From a virus (lineage: Duplodnaviria; Caudoviricetes): DNA of 46,804 bases. The position numbers and the translations under genes are program-made. The DNA is taken from the IMG/VR virus record IMGVR_UViG_3300028588_000644, positions 1-46,804 of that record; one strand, written 5' to 3'. This document shows positions 37,201 through 46,448 of the stretch, piece by piece (positions within the stretch are counted from its first letter, which is position 1; every line of letters starts with the position of its first letter). The notes below the pieces were generated by a model that saw only the letters and a program-made list of their open reading frames with translations, did no database searches and was not told the DNA's origin.

Positions 37201-37672
37201 GGGCTATGTTTTTGCAGCTTTGTCCGGCGCATTGGGACTGGCACAGCTCGCGACGGTGTTGGCTACACCAATTCCAAAATATGAGAAAGGAACGAAACAT
37301 CACCCTGGCGGACATGCGTTGGTGGGTGAAAGAAGGCCAGAGGTTATTATGGAACCAGGAAAAGATCCTTACATCGTTAGAAGCCAAGCGATACTAAATC
37401 TTGCAAAAGGTACAGAGGTAGTTCCAAGCATAGATGAGTACAACAAACTGCAGAGAGCTTCATTTATGGCCAGCCTTCAGATGGAAGGTAAAAAGGTGAA
37501 TGACTATCAGGCTTCTCAGCTATTCGACCAAAATTTAAACAGAGAATTGTTAGCGGAATTGAAGGAGAATACAAGAGCTGTAAAAAATCAGCGCCAAAAC
37601 ATCATCGTCAACGTTCCAAAAATCGACATCCCGCACGAAATATGGAAATCTAAAAACACAAGCTGGAACTAA
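34253..37672 (+). CDS. Tape measure protein
   Basis: 1139 aa helical; KGTVQAEELRGQLSERLPGA motif; hydrophobic segment; PKYEKGT...ALVGERRPE. Confidence 0.9.
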   Translation: MAKNGLITRKDIIEDEALRWGDEYAGEIKKAISAQNELLKSAREMVSIYGQFRKANTNSEFVAAKQAEAIATQQALNALKLEETAMISSEKIKKARLATLKEELNVQSQKDRALRNSTKLTLEERVQQQENNKVLRQAILEKMGMVGAYQKLNARRNEAQKTLANLLSAEVRNNAEIRKAQKEFDILDAKVKKVDATTKNYSKNVGNYSSAFSGMGANLSNLMGAFGVVGGVTAFASITKDIFQQTRELQSLELALKQVLGTSADLGETQMFLTRVADQYGVGIKELTRSYTQFYVSAKDKLSQQEINNIFESISKAAGAMGLSVEQQEGTFLALTQMLSKGTVQAEELRGQLSERLPGAFGILAKSMGVTEVELNKLMKDGKVIASEVLPEFVKQLEKAYGIENKERIESLNASTTRLSNTWTEFIASLEGDKGTVSRFFMFFIDMTNRTIGALTRLNKSWKDIYETAQARGESLAPKEFEKRMAAAGFMTSTETEKALMVMQTAQKEYDILVEQMNKKNKEIAESESSLFSTYWGRKNLKEEKEQLELDMAARFEIVKLAKKKIDELNNPKKKSSGTDELTKAELAALEKAQRDYERMRKRYIDGLKEEERNDFELRKNRIDYNSQANDEILKDDLTTLDQKLDALNENAQLDASLSRETLEHKLKMNALEKEGLEKLSVEKFNLYIKESDARIKLLMDEQLAVKDMTIAEKILYERAENDKIALLRKTEIEQQRIIDSEVAKFQTKLDSDKATQERLMNEAIEAENIRFKETRDLEAMNMADREKSIRDHEERIAHIKKQAALDLLKIQIDGLEKELAANDAKDEKDRVSAEIRKKIAEDLQKAKTDYTELDLQNHVDALNKKQLTEEEFNEKVKEMSKDLAYALADFANALFDRRIQNINDEISKNEEKYGRLIELAGNDAIQKDLLEQEAEKKRLELEKKKRKEQQKQAIFNKAIAVTEIGLKTAMAVVAALAVGPPQGYVFAALSGALGLAQLATVLATPIPKYEKGTKHHPGGHALVGERRPEVIMEPGKDPYIVRSQAILNLAKGTEVVPSIDEYNKLQRASFMASLQMEGKKVNDYQASQLFDQNLNRELLAELKENTRAVKNQRQNIIVNVPKIDIPHEIWKSKNTSWN

Positions 37673-39932
37673 TGGGAAATATCAATCCAAACTTTTTCGA
37701 CCGCGTAAAATATGAGCTGTATAATGAGCTTGAGGGCACGATTGTCATCCAAGAACCGGAAGGCTGGGAAAACGATGACAAGGAACTTTCACGCCATAAA
37801 GAATACCACGGCATATTTCCGAAATTCTCCAACAGCCTGAAATTTGTTTCATCGGGAGCGGATCATATTAATTTCATAGACTACGTTCAGGGAATAAATG
37901 CAGAGATCAGACTTACCAGATTCGAGCGCCATCCAGATACCGATGTCTGGACGGAAATCTATACAGGATTTCTTGATCTGTCCACAAAAGAAACGGAAGA
38001 CAGGAAAGTTTCTGTAAAGTTCAATTCTGGAGGTCTGGAGCAGTCGTTGAAGTCTAGGGAATCAGAGCAGATTGAAATCGACAGGCTGACAACTATCGAC
38101 GGAATGCCATTGCCGGCTTTGGAGCCGAAAACTGTAAAACTTCAAGGCAGGAGAATTTTCCTAAAGACCAGATGGCAATTGAAAGCTCCGAACGACAGCG
38201 TGAGCGCCTATGTTTATTCCGATGACGGAAACACAAGAAACAATTCCGTCGGAATCCCTTTCCAGATGACAAACCAATCTCATGAAAACGCGCATTCGGT
38301 ATTAGTTCAGAGCGACGGACACGAAGGAGCAGGCTCTACAGGAATGATGTTTTTCGCAGTTTCTGACAGACAGCGCCTGCTGAACATCAGACTAAATTTC
38401 ACTGTCAAAATCAATGTTGACCAAGAGGACATTGACTGGGCTTGGTTCAATATCAACCTCACGAAATATGCCAACGGAATAAACTATAATGTCGTCAGCA
38501 GAGTCCAGCTGTTTTCGCTTCCCGACAAGAACGCTGTCTTTGCTGCGCATGGCAGGACGTTCAGCGTATCATACGAAGGGCAAGTGATTGTAAATATCGG
38601 CGAATCGCTGGCAATTGAAGCCCTTGAGAAATCTGATCTAGGCGGTCCAGGGTTCGCGGAGCTTAGAATTACGATGAGCGATATGAAAGGGGAAATGGCA
38701 ATGGACGAAGATTCTTTTTTCGAGCCGTCAGACTGCAAATTTGTACTTGCGCATGAATTGGCAGACAGGCTTATCGCGATAAATACAAATAAGTCAGGCG
38801 TTCTTTATTCTGAATTTTTAGGCAGGACCGATATCGGCTATCAAAGAGACGGCGAAGCGGCTTGACTGGAAACACGCACGGCTTCTGGGTCCGAGGTTTC
38901 GACAAGCATCCGATTCCGAGCGAAGGTCCTCCGCTGATAGAAAACAAGTTCAAGCCATTCACGACCTCATTCAAAGATTTCATGTCCTCCTACGCAGCAG
39001 TCTGGAATTTGGGGCTTGGAATCGAGCAGAATATCAGAAGCGAGAGGATCAGGATGGAACCGTTGTCGTATTTCTATAATTTCAATGTCACTATCAGGCT
39101 CCCGAACCAAGTGGGCAAGGAAAAAAGATCGTGCGCGGCTGATTATTTCTACTCAGGAATCGAGATCGGATATGAGGAAGGTGGAAAATACGAAGAAGCT
39201 ATGGGATTGGACGAGTATAATGGAAAATCAAATTTCACCACGATCATCAACCGTGTAAAAAACGTACTCACCTATCTTTCAAAATATCGCGCTGACGGCT
39301 ATGGCAAGGAATTCGCCAGAAGAAAGCCAAAGTCTGGATTTGACAGCGAGGATACACCTTATGACAGCTCGATCTTCATGCTCGACTTGACGAAGGACGA
39401 ACTCGGAAATTACAGAGAGCGGTTATGGCAGGACGATTTTGAGAACGTCCCGACAGGAATTTTCAGCCCGGAAACAGCAACGAACCTGCGACTCTCTCCC
39501 TTCAACATGATGCTCAGACATGGTTGGGAAATTGCTGGAGGAGTGATCAAATATCCTGCAGATTATTTGCGATACGGAAGCTCGACGGCAAATAGCGCTT
39601 TGCGGACAAAACTTAGGACAGATTTAGAATACGCCGCGAATCCAAGCAACACACTAGGAACGGGGAACGAATATGCGGAAAACGGAAACATCATAAACTC
39701 CGAACTTCAGCGCGCAAGGTTCACGCCGGAATGGATAGAGTTTGAGCACGAATGTACTTTTGATGTGATGCAACAGGTGCAAGGGAGGACACTTATTAAT
39801 GGAAAGTCGGTGCCGAATTTTTACGGACTCGTAGAATTTATCAATTCAGAAGGAAAAAAGGAAAGAGGATTTCTTTTCAACCTTAAGCCGAACGGTGCCG
39901 GACAATGGAAAATACTTAAAGCAAACAGATAA
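37672..39932 (+). pseudogene. Tail-tip protein gene split into 37672..38865 and 38862..39932 by a probable 1-bp deletion
   Basis: Junction GCG GCT TGA CTG; one added T gives GCT TTG ACT GGA and a single continuous ORF. Confidence 0.55.
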
Positions 39933-39935
39933 AAT

Positions 39936-41930
39936 ATGGCAGCAACATCAATATTAAAAATAACGTTCAACGAGGATCTTGCCATCGGAAACTATGTTGA
40001 GTTTGCAGGAGTCACAGGAACGAATTACGCATACAATCTCCAAGAAATTTGGAACTTCAGCAGGGTAGCATCTTTTCAGGTTGCTGTTGGCGAGCCCACG
40101 GCACTCGCTGGGGAACGAAGCGCGATCAATTTTGCACAGTCCGTCGCATTGGACTCGAATGCTCAGCTGACCATTTTGAGGGAAGCTAACGTCGTTACGC
40201 TGTCAAGTTCGGCAACGCTTCCGATTAACTTCGACATGGGAACTTCCGATGCCGATGTTTCTTTCGAGATTATTTCTGGAACCGGGGTTTTGTTCATGGT
40301 ATCGAACGCTGTTTTTTCGCAGGCAACAAATCCATGCGCTGATATCAGGATTGGCATTACGACGACTTCACAGGCGGTCGAAATAATCTCCCCGATGCAG
40401 GCTGTAATTTCCCTAAACCCTTTTTTCTTCGATTGGCCGAGGGGACAATCGATAACGGTGAGAGTGAAGAATTCATCAGGAACGCAGGCAATCAAGTATC
40501 TTTTGCTTCCCGGGCTTCTGAATGGTGAAATAAATCTCCAGATAAACCTTACTCCGTTCGGGGCGACGGTAGTCGTCAATATGGTTTATGACAGCCAGCT
40601 TAACGTCGAATATTCCCTTGATGGAATCAACTATCAAAGTTCTAATATTTTCAGCGGTCAGGCTTCCGGTGACTATACGATATACGTCCGGGATCAGTTC
40701 GGATGTGTGAAAAGTCGCGGGTTCCATATCGACGAGCTCGGTATCAACTCGCCTTTCTTTCATATCTCAAAATCAAACTCCTTGCGGTTTGCCCAAAGGA
40801 TTGAATGGGGAGATTCTGGAAATTACAAGAACGATGAAAACACATTGAGTCATGAAGTTGATGCGAAAATGCCATATTGCGAGGTTCAGCAGTTTCAATC
40901 TTCAGATGTCATAAGAACGCAGTTCAAGTCCAATTATGCGGAAAGGACTGCAAAAGTAATCAGGGAAGACTTGACGGAAGACGAGATTCCTATCGAGCAG
41001 ATGACCTATAACATCGGGCTGACTGACCGCAGGGATGCGCGGATGTTTAATCTTGAAAGCGGAAAGACCGGAGTTTATTTCACTACCGGTAATGCTTACG
41101 ATTTTGTCACCGGTGCCCAAATTGGAATATATACTTTGAATGGCGCCTTGCCGGAATGGGCTGTCGAGGGTAATTTCTTCGGAATTTTTGGTGATGGAAA
41201 TTTGTCTTGGTTTCCGATTCAGGAAGTCTATTACGATGAAACCAGAAACGCAGATGTAATTGTGATCAATCAGATATATACAGGGACTGACATCGTTGTA
41301 GATGTCCGTTCACAATATAATCGCTTCAATTACGAGGTTTATGAGTTTTCAATCGACATGGTGAATTATCTGGACCAGACGATCCAAGTCTCGATAGAAA
41401 ATAGGCATCCAAATTTTACAGACCTAAAACACCGTTCGGAGAAAATCGATGTTAAGATCAGGCACAGCGAAACCTTTGAAATCCGATACTGGAACTCGAC
41501 AAATACCGATGTTGTTTATGCAACTGGAATCCAAGGATTGCTTCGCATACCCTTTACAAAACAGAACGGAAAAGTCGATGAGGAAAATGAAACATACAAG
41601 ACAGATACCAGTGCCAAACTTCTCAAGTCAGCACTCTACGAAGTCGACGAGTTTGTTTTTGAGCCAGTAACAAAGGAAATCTGGCGGAAGCTTTCACAGG
41701 CATTGTCGCATGACACTGTTTTCATAGACGGAGTCGGATACTCGAAGAATTCTGAATTTGATACTGAAGGACCGTTGGAAGACTCAAACCTTTATGTTTT
41801 GAAAGCAACCATGATCAAAAACGGAAACGTCTACAGTTCGCTTGGAAATGAGGATGGAGGTTACGGCCAGTCAACACTTGAAATCCCGGGATTGATAGAG
41901 ACTGGATCGAATGGATTCTTGAGGTATTAA
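39936..41930 (+). CDS. Tail/baseplate structural protein with one SprB-like repeat
   Basis: YSLDGINYQSSNIFSGQASGDYTIYVRD motif; position after the tail-tip gene. Confidence 0.7.
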   Translation: MAATSILKITFNEDLAIGNYVEFAGVTGTNYAYNLQEIWNFSRVASFQVAVGEPTALAGERSAINFAQSVALDSNAQLTILREANVVTLSSSATLPINFDMGTSDADVSFEIISGTGVLFMVSNAVFSQATNPCADIRIGITTTSQAVEIISPMQAVISLNPFFFDWPRGQSITVRVKNSSGTQAIKYLLLPGLLNGEINLQINLTPFGATVVVNMVYDSQLNVEYSLDGINYQSSNIFSGQASGDYTIYVRDQFGCVKSRGFHIDELGINSPFFHISKSNSLRFAQRIEWGDSGNYKNDENTLSHEVDAKMPYCEVQQFQSSDVIRTQFKSNYAERTAKVIREDLTEDEIPIEQMTYNIGLTDRRDARMFNLESGKTGVYFTTGNAYDFVTGAQIGIYTLNGALPEWAVEGNFFGIFGDGNLSWFPIQEVYYDETRNADVIVINQIYTGTDIVVDVRSQYNRFNYEVYEFSIDMVNYLDQTIQVSIENRHPNFTDLKHRSEKIDVKIRHSETFEIRYWNSTNTDVVYATGIQGLLRIPFTKQNGKVDEENETYKTDTSAKLLKSALYEVDEFVFEPVTKEIWRKLSQALSHDTVFIDGVGYSKNSEFDTEGPLEDSNLYVLKATMIKNGNVYSSLGNEDGGYGQSTLEIPGLIETGSNGFLRY

Positions 41931-41984
41931 AATAAATTAAATTAACAGTTGTTTAAAGTTCTGAAAATGTTACCTTTAATGATT

Positions 41985-42278
41985 ATGAGAAGGAGACGAA
42001 CTTTAATTTTAGAAGGAAAGGATTACCCCTGTATTGAGATTCTTTACAAGTACCGCAATAAGCTATCGGTGAGAACAGGAATCTGCATTGCGTGCTACGT
42101 TACGCTACCGAAGGTTTATCACTATGTGAATGTCAGCTACGGTAAATGCGCGGATATAGTAAATAAAAAGACTCCGGGCCTGATTTATTCCTATTTGTTG
42201 ATCCCCGTTAATAGTGTCTCTGAAGCCAAGCCCATTATGGAATTGGTCGAGAATCTGAAAATATTAACGATACACTGA
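41985..42278 (+). CDS. Moron, hypothetical protein
   Basis: ATG at 41985 (or 41979) after TACCTTTA at 41971; ends at a terminator. Confidence 0.55.
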   Translation: MRRRRTLILEGKDYPCIEILYKYRNKLSVRTGICIACYVTLPKVYHYVNVSYGKCADIVNKKTPGLIYSYLLIPVNSVSEAKPIMELVENLKILTIH

Positions 42279-42280
42279 AC

Positions 42281-42313
42281 AAAAAAGCCACTCAACTAGA
42301 GTGGCTTTTTTTT
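42281..42313. terminator. Bidirectional terminator
   Basis: A6 / AGCCACTC-aacta-GAGTGGCT / T-run; same stem as 27973-27992. Confidence 0.8.
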
Positions 42314-42534
42314 ATTTCTAATATTTTCTTTTTTGTCTCGTCATCAATAATCGTAAGATTCTGATGTGTGTGTACGTGAGTGTGATAATGATTATTTATT
42401 ACCGGAGGCTCTTTGTAGTTCTTCCAGTAATCCATTGGATCTTCCTCCTTTGGAAATAACGCATTGCCGATGCTTTTGCCCAAAAGCCACCCGCCACCAA
42501 CCAAGACGATAAAAAGTACAAGTAGAAACCCCAT
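42292..42534 (-). CDS. Antisense moron: small membrane protein with His-rich patch
   Basis: N-terminal TM helix; NNHYHTHVHTHQN. Confidence 0.7.
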   Translation of the reverse strand: MGFLLVLFIVLVGGGWLLGKSIGNALFPKEEDPMDYWKNYKEPPVINNHYHTHVHTHQNLTIIDDETKKKILEIKKSHSS

Positions 42535-42565
42535 TCCACAAATTTAATATAATTTTCTTTTCCTT

Positions 42566-42621
42566 TATTTAGAACGGTTCTAAATAGTGATAATTTTTCT
42601 ATATTTGCATATGACTAATTC
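42566..42621 (+). promoter_or_regulatory. Tail-fibre/lysis operon promoter with perfect 10-1-10 palindrome (copy 2)
   Basis: TATTTAGAAC-G-GTTCTAAATA at 42566-42586; TATATTTG at 42600-42607. Confidence 0.75.
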
Positions 42622-42627
42622 AATCAT

Positions 42628-44280
42628 ATGAATCTTACGCAGGTATCTCAAAAGCTGGCAGAACTGAGCCAGAAATTTCAGCAGATGATCAATCTTGCCA
42701 AAAGAATCGAAGAGCTTCCGTCTCAGGAATCACTCGTACCCTCGTCGCGGATTCATGTTTCAAATGCTGGTGTTGCTCAAAGCCTACAACTCCAAAAAAT
42801 TATTGATGCTGTTTCTAGTTTGGATTACAATCGAATATTGTCAATTGGAACGATATCCAGAAACGGAAATTCATTTACGGTTCCAGCAAATGCTATCTGG
42901 AAAATCAGTGGCGTAGAAGCTACAAACATTTCGCCTTTCGAGTTTGAATTGCTTCCAGAAGATGCCGGGTCAAAGAGGATCGATTTATTAATCGTCAGAT
43001 TAAGCGGTTTTGAAGTAATTACAGGAACTCCTTCCACGAACATATTTTTCGCTCCGGATATTCCCAATGAAGCAAACTCGATTCTGGTCAAAGAATACAA
43101 AATTGAAGGAAACTCAATCGATGAAGGTAGCAATCCTGTAATCGGAAACCCTTTCATTTATAAAAACCAGTTCAACAACATTGCAGCCAACGCCGATCAT
43201 AAATTTTATTTAGATCAAAAATCTAATTATCTGATCATAGATCCAGCGATAACAGAAATAAAAGGAATTTATCTGACTGAAAACAATGATGTTGAAAGCT
43301 ATACCGGTAAGCTTGGTTTTTTTACTAATTATTTAGCCACAGCGGTGCCGATGCGTCATTTGAATGCCGATGCGCCCATTATGTTCAAGTTTCCGAAAAC
43401 TAACGCCGATTATTTAATTCAACCTGGTGAAACTTTGTTTTTTGCGGAAGAAAGCTATGCAGTTGCGGAATGGAACGTTTGGAAATGCTTGAATGAAAGA
43501 TTTGCTGGAACGAATCCAACGTTACAGCAGATTCTGACAGCAGGAAATACTGCTAATTTACCAATTGTTTCAACTCTAGCGAACGGTTCAGCATTTGCAT
43601 TTAGCACAAATGCAAATATAAGTGCGCAATATATATACGCTTTCATGCTAAATGGACGAATTTCATTAAGCTCTAATAGTACTGACTTTGATAGATCTTC
43701 TGGAATTATAAGGGCAGGTAAAAAAATATATTACGATGGAAGTTCGGGAGGTAATACAGATGTGCCTACATCATTTACAGGGCGTGAAGTGCCCGATGCA
43801 AACTGGGTCAACGCTGGATTAGCCTTAAAAGCTAATGATGCTGATGTTTTGCATAAGACGGGTAATTTAGCTGAATTAGTAACTGGAAAGAAAACTTTTG
43901 CTAATAATATAGGGTTGGGTGTAGACGCCGTAGATACTTGGAAAATGAAATTACAAGGGCCTTTTTGTTGGACTGCACTTGACAATGACGGGCAGGCATC
44001 TTTCGAGCTATACACCGATAATAAAAGAATGCTTCTGTTAAATGGTACTGCTTTAATAGGATATTCAGATTTGGCGGCTACCGAAAAATATAATATAAGC
44101 GCAGTTAATGGAAGTGCTAGTTTTAAAGGAAACTTAACGACGAGCGGACTATTATATTTAGGAAAATTCACGACAGGAACAGCTCCAGCATACCAACAGG
44201 GCACAACTTGGTTCAACACCTCTTTAGGTAAAATGATAATAGGCGGAGCAACCGCTTGGGAAACAGTAACATCAATTTGA
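42628..44280 (+). CDS. Tail fibre / receptor-binding protein
   Basis: PTLQQILTAGN and KANDADVLHKTG...TGKKTF fibre motifs; C-terminal GTTWFNT...AWETV. Confidence 0.72.
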   Translation: MNLTQVSQKLAELSQKFQQMINLAKRIEELPSQESLVPSSRIHVSNAGVAQSLQLQKIIDAVSSLDYNRILSIGTISRNGNSFTVPANAIWKISGVEATNISPFEFELLPEDAGSKRIDLLIVRLSGFEVITGTPSTNIFFAPDIPNEANSILVKEYKIEGNSIDEGSNPVIGNPFIYKNQFNNIAANADHKFYLDQKSNYLIIDPAITEIKGIYLTENNDVESYTGKLGFFTNYLATAVPMRHLNADAPIMFKFPKTNADYLIQPGETLFFAEESYAVAEWNVWKCLNERFAGTNPTLQQILTAGNTANLPIVSTLANGSAFAFSTNANISAQYIYAFMLNGRISLSSNSTDFDRSSGIIRAGKKIYYDGSSGGNTDVPTSFTGREVPDANWVNAGLALKANDADVLHKTGNLAELVTGKKTFANNIGLGVDAVDTWKMKLQGPFCWTALDNDGQASFELYTDNKRMLLLNGTALIGYSDLAATEKYNISAVNGSASFKGNLTTSGLLYLGKFTTGTAPAYQQGTTWFNTSLGKMIIGGATAWETVTSI

Positions 44281-44286
44281 TAAACT

Positions 44287-44784
44287 ATGAATACAGAAAA
44301 AGTTATATACGAGGTTTTAGTTCGTTACGGTAAGAACGGCGAAGTTCAAGGAATGCACGTTGTTTACGCATTTGTCGTCAAAGATGAAAGTGGTGAAATA
44401 GTAGCCTATAATCCAGGTTCACCCGAAGCAGTTACTTTAGGTATTGAGCAGGGCTTAAATTTAAGTGAAGTATTAGGAGATTTGAACACCCTGAATGTTT
44501 TAAATATCGAATTGCTTACAAATCAATTAGCTCAAGCAAACGCTCAAATTCAATCTTTAACGGCTGATAAGAATGCTTTGATTGTTGAAAATGAAAGCCT
44601 TATTGGATTACTGGATGAAAAAAATCAAAAAATTGCAGAACTGGAAGCCTTGATTGATTTGCAAAATACAAAATTTGCAGAAAGTGAATTGGAGTGGAGT
44701 GATAAAATTACTGATTTGAAACTTCAAGTTTCTAAAAATGAAACGAATCAGTTTGAATCAGCTGAACCAAAGGCTAATGATTAA
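44287..44784 (+). CDS. Coiled-coil protein after the fibre (assembly factor?)
   Basis: beta N-domain followed by a heptad repeat. Confidence 0.6.
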   Translation: MNTEKVIYEVLVRYGKNGEVQGMHVVYAFVVKDESGEIVAYNPGSPEAVTLGIEQGLNLSEVLGDLNTLNVLNIELLTNQLAQANAQIQSLTADKNALIVENESLIGLLDEKNQKIAELEALIDLQNTKFAESELEWSDKITDLKLQVSKNETNQFESAEPKAND

Positions 44785-44856
44785 ATCGTTTCTATTCAGC
44801 GATCTGCTAACTTTTCATAAAGGCTGGCACTGCATTAATTCAATAAACAACAATCT

Positions 44857-45267
44857 ATGAGAAAAGTAAAGAACATAGTTATCCATTGCACGGCGACACC
44901 GCAATCGGCAAAACCGCAAAGCATCATCAATTATTGGAAAAACAATTTAGGTTGGAAATCACCAGGCTATCATCGTTTAATTGAAGCTGACGGAACAATA
45001 AACGAACTATCAAGTTTTGAAAATCCAACAAACGGAGTTGCCGGCCATAATTCTGACAGCATTCACATCAGTTATATCGGTGGGGTTGATGTTAAAAACA
45101 ATCCGGTTGACAATAGAACTGCAGAACAAAAGTGTGCTATTCTCCACTGTATTTCAGAAGCAAGAAAATTATATCCAAATGCAAAGATTTTAGGTCATAG
45201 AGATTTTCCAAAAGTAGCAAAAGCCTGTCCGAGTTTTGATGCTGTAAACGAGTACAAAAATTTATAA
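44857..45267 (+). CDS. Endolysin, N-acetylmuramoyl-L-alanine amidase (T7 lysozyme-like)
   Basis: IVIHCTA, GYH, GHRDF and KACPSFD zinc-ligand motifs. Confidence 0.92.
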   Translation: MRKVKNIVIHCTATPQSAKPQSIINYWKNNLGWKSPGYHRLIEADGTINELSSFENPTNGVAGHNSDSIHISYIGGVDVKNNPVDNRTAEQKCAILHCISEARKLYPNAKILGHRDFPKVAKACPSFDAVNEYKNL

Positions 45268-45273
45268 AAGACA

Positions 45274-45657
45274 ATGATAGAACATCTTCACAAATTTTAC
45301 GAAACCTACAAAACCGAAATCGACGAAGGAATGTTATTTTCTGGTTTCGTGATGTTTGGCGTAATCGTTAAAACCATCAGAGCAATCCAAAAAGGTTCAA
45401 AGCTTTCGTTTGCGTGGTTTTTTTCTGAAGCGCTGATTTCATTCTTTATCGCCTTGATCGTTTACGCCGTGATGGACCAATTCTTTATGCTGAAGCCGTT
45501 TTTTACTTGCGCGCTTTGTGCGTTGCTCGGTTCATTCTCCACGATCTTAAACAAAAAGTTGGAAGAATTGATAGAAGCGTTTTTCGACCAAGCAAAGTCA
45601 AGCATAAAAGAATTATTCACGGCAATTGTAGATAAATTTAAAACCAATAAAGCATGA
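45274..45657 (+). CDS. Holin (putative)
   Basis: About 3 TM helices and a charged C-terminus; next to the endolysin. Confidence 0.7.
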   Translation: MIEHLHKFYETYKTEIDEGMLFSGFVMFGVIVKTIRAIQKGSKLSFAWFFSEALISFFIALIVYAVMDQFFMLKPFFTCALCALLGSFSTILNKKLEELIEAFFDQAKSSIKELFTAIVDKFKTNKA

Positions 45658-46193
45658 AAAATTTTATCCTAATAATTTTGACAGGGACATTGATGTCTCT
45701 CTCTGGATGCGGTTCAAAAAAAATAGTAAATCAAACGTCAGAAAAAGAAAAAACCACGTTCACCAAATCTGACAGCACGAAACTGGTAGAGCGAAACAAA
45801 GCAATCGTTGACAGCTTGAAACTGAAAATTGCGCAAAGTGCAACGGGAGACAAGAAATTTGACGATGCCGTGAATAGAGCGGTGAGCGAAATTTTAAACA
45901 AACTGAACACATCAAAATCTTCCGGTGACAATTCTTATTCGCTGACGTATGACGAAGCTTTGCAAGAACTTCGCGCAGTGATGAATATTGGTGCAACTGA
46001 AAATTTGAAAGTAGTCAATAACGCGACCGTTCATACGAAAGAAGTAATTCTGGACACCAAAGAAATTCCGGTTAAGTTCATTCCGCAATGGGTTTTGGTT
46101 GCCTCTATTTTTGGGGGTTGTTGCGGATTCGCGTTGATCGCTTGGTTTCTCTATAAGGTCAGCAGGATCTTTAAGCCAAGGTTGGCAAGCTGA
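45654..46193 (+). CDS. Unimolecular spanin-like lipoprotein
   Basis: Lipobox LSGC plus a C-terminal TM helix and basic tail; in the lysis cassette. Confidence 0.68.
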   Translation: MKNFILIILTGTLMSLSGCGSKKIVNQTSEKEKTTFTKSDSTKLVERNKAIVDSLKLKIAQSATGDKKFDDAVNRAVSEILNKLNTSKSSGDNSYSLTYDEALQELRAVMNIGATENLKVVNNATVHTKEVILDTKEIPVKFIPQWVLVASIFGGCCGFALIAWFLYKVSRIFKPRLAS

Positions 46194-46296
46194 TCAAGAC
46201 ATAACCAAATCCGATAATTGTGTAATGTCAGCTGTCGATTGCTAGATTAACTTTGCCAACGATTATATAAGTGGTATTGTAAAATCATATTTGCTC

Positions 46297-46329
46297 AAGG
46301 GAGACAAGGAGACTTGTCTCCCTTTTTTT
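46297..46329 (+). terminator. Strong intrinsic terminator
   Basis: AAGGGAGACAAG-gaga-CTTGTCTCCCTT followed by a T-run. Confidence 0.85.
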
Positions 46330-46448
46330 CGGCTCCACAGTAATTCTATATTATTGCTATGGCCGTTAAGCGCTGAAGCTTGAAATTTTTTTTGGGTTAT
46401 CAAAGGGAATTTCGTAAATTCAGTACTCAATTTTTCACATTAGAATTT

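Larger units (their letters stand above)
2078..46193. mobile_element. Prophage (siphovirus-like, temperate) with left accessory block; ends approximate
   Basis: Ordered repressor, recombination, replication, terminase, portal, capsid, tail, tape measure and lysis modules; sharp drop in GC near 2070. Confidence 0.9.

Noticed and set aside
42628-44280. Diversity-generating retroelement or invertible tail-fibre system
   Set aside because: No reverse transcriptase, invertase or duplicated template region seen
44777-44860. 27-aa ORF between the fibre-associated gene and the endolysin
   Set aside because: Too short to support; may be a remnant
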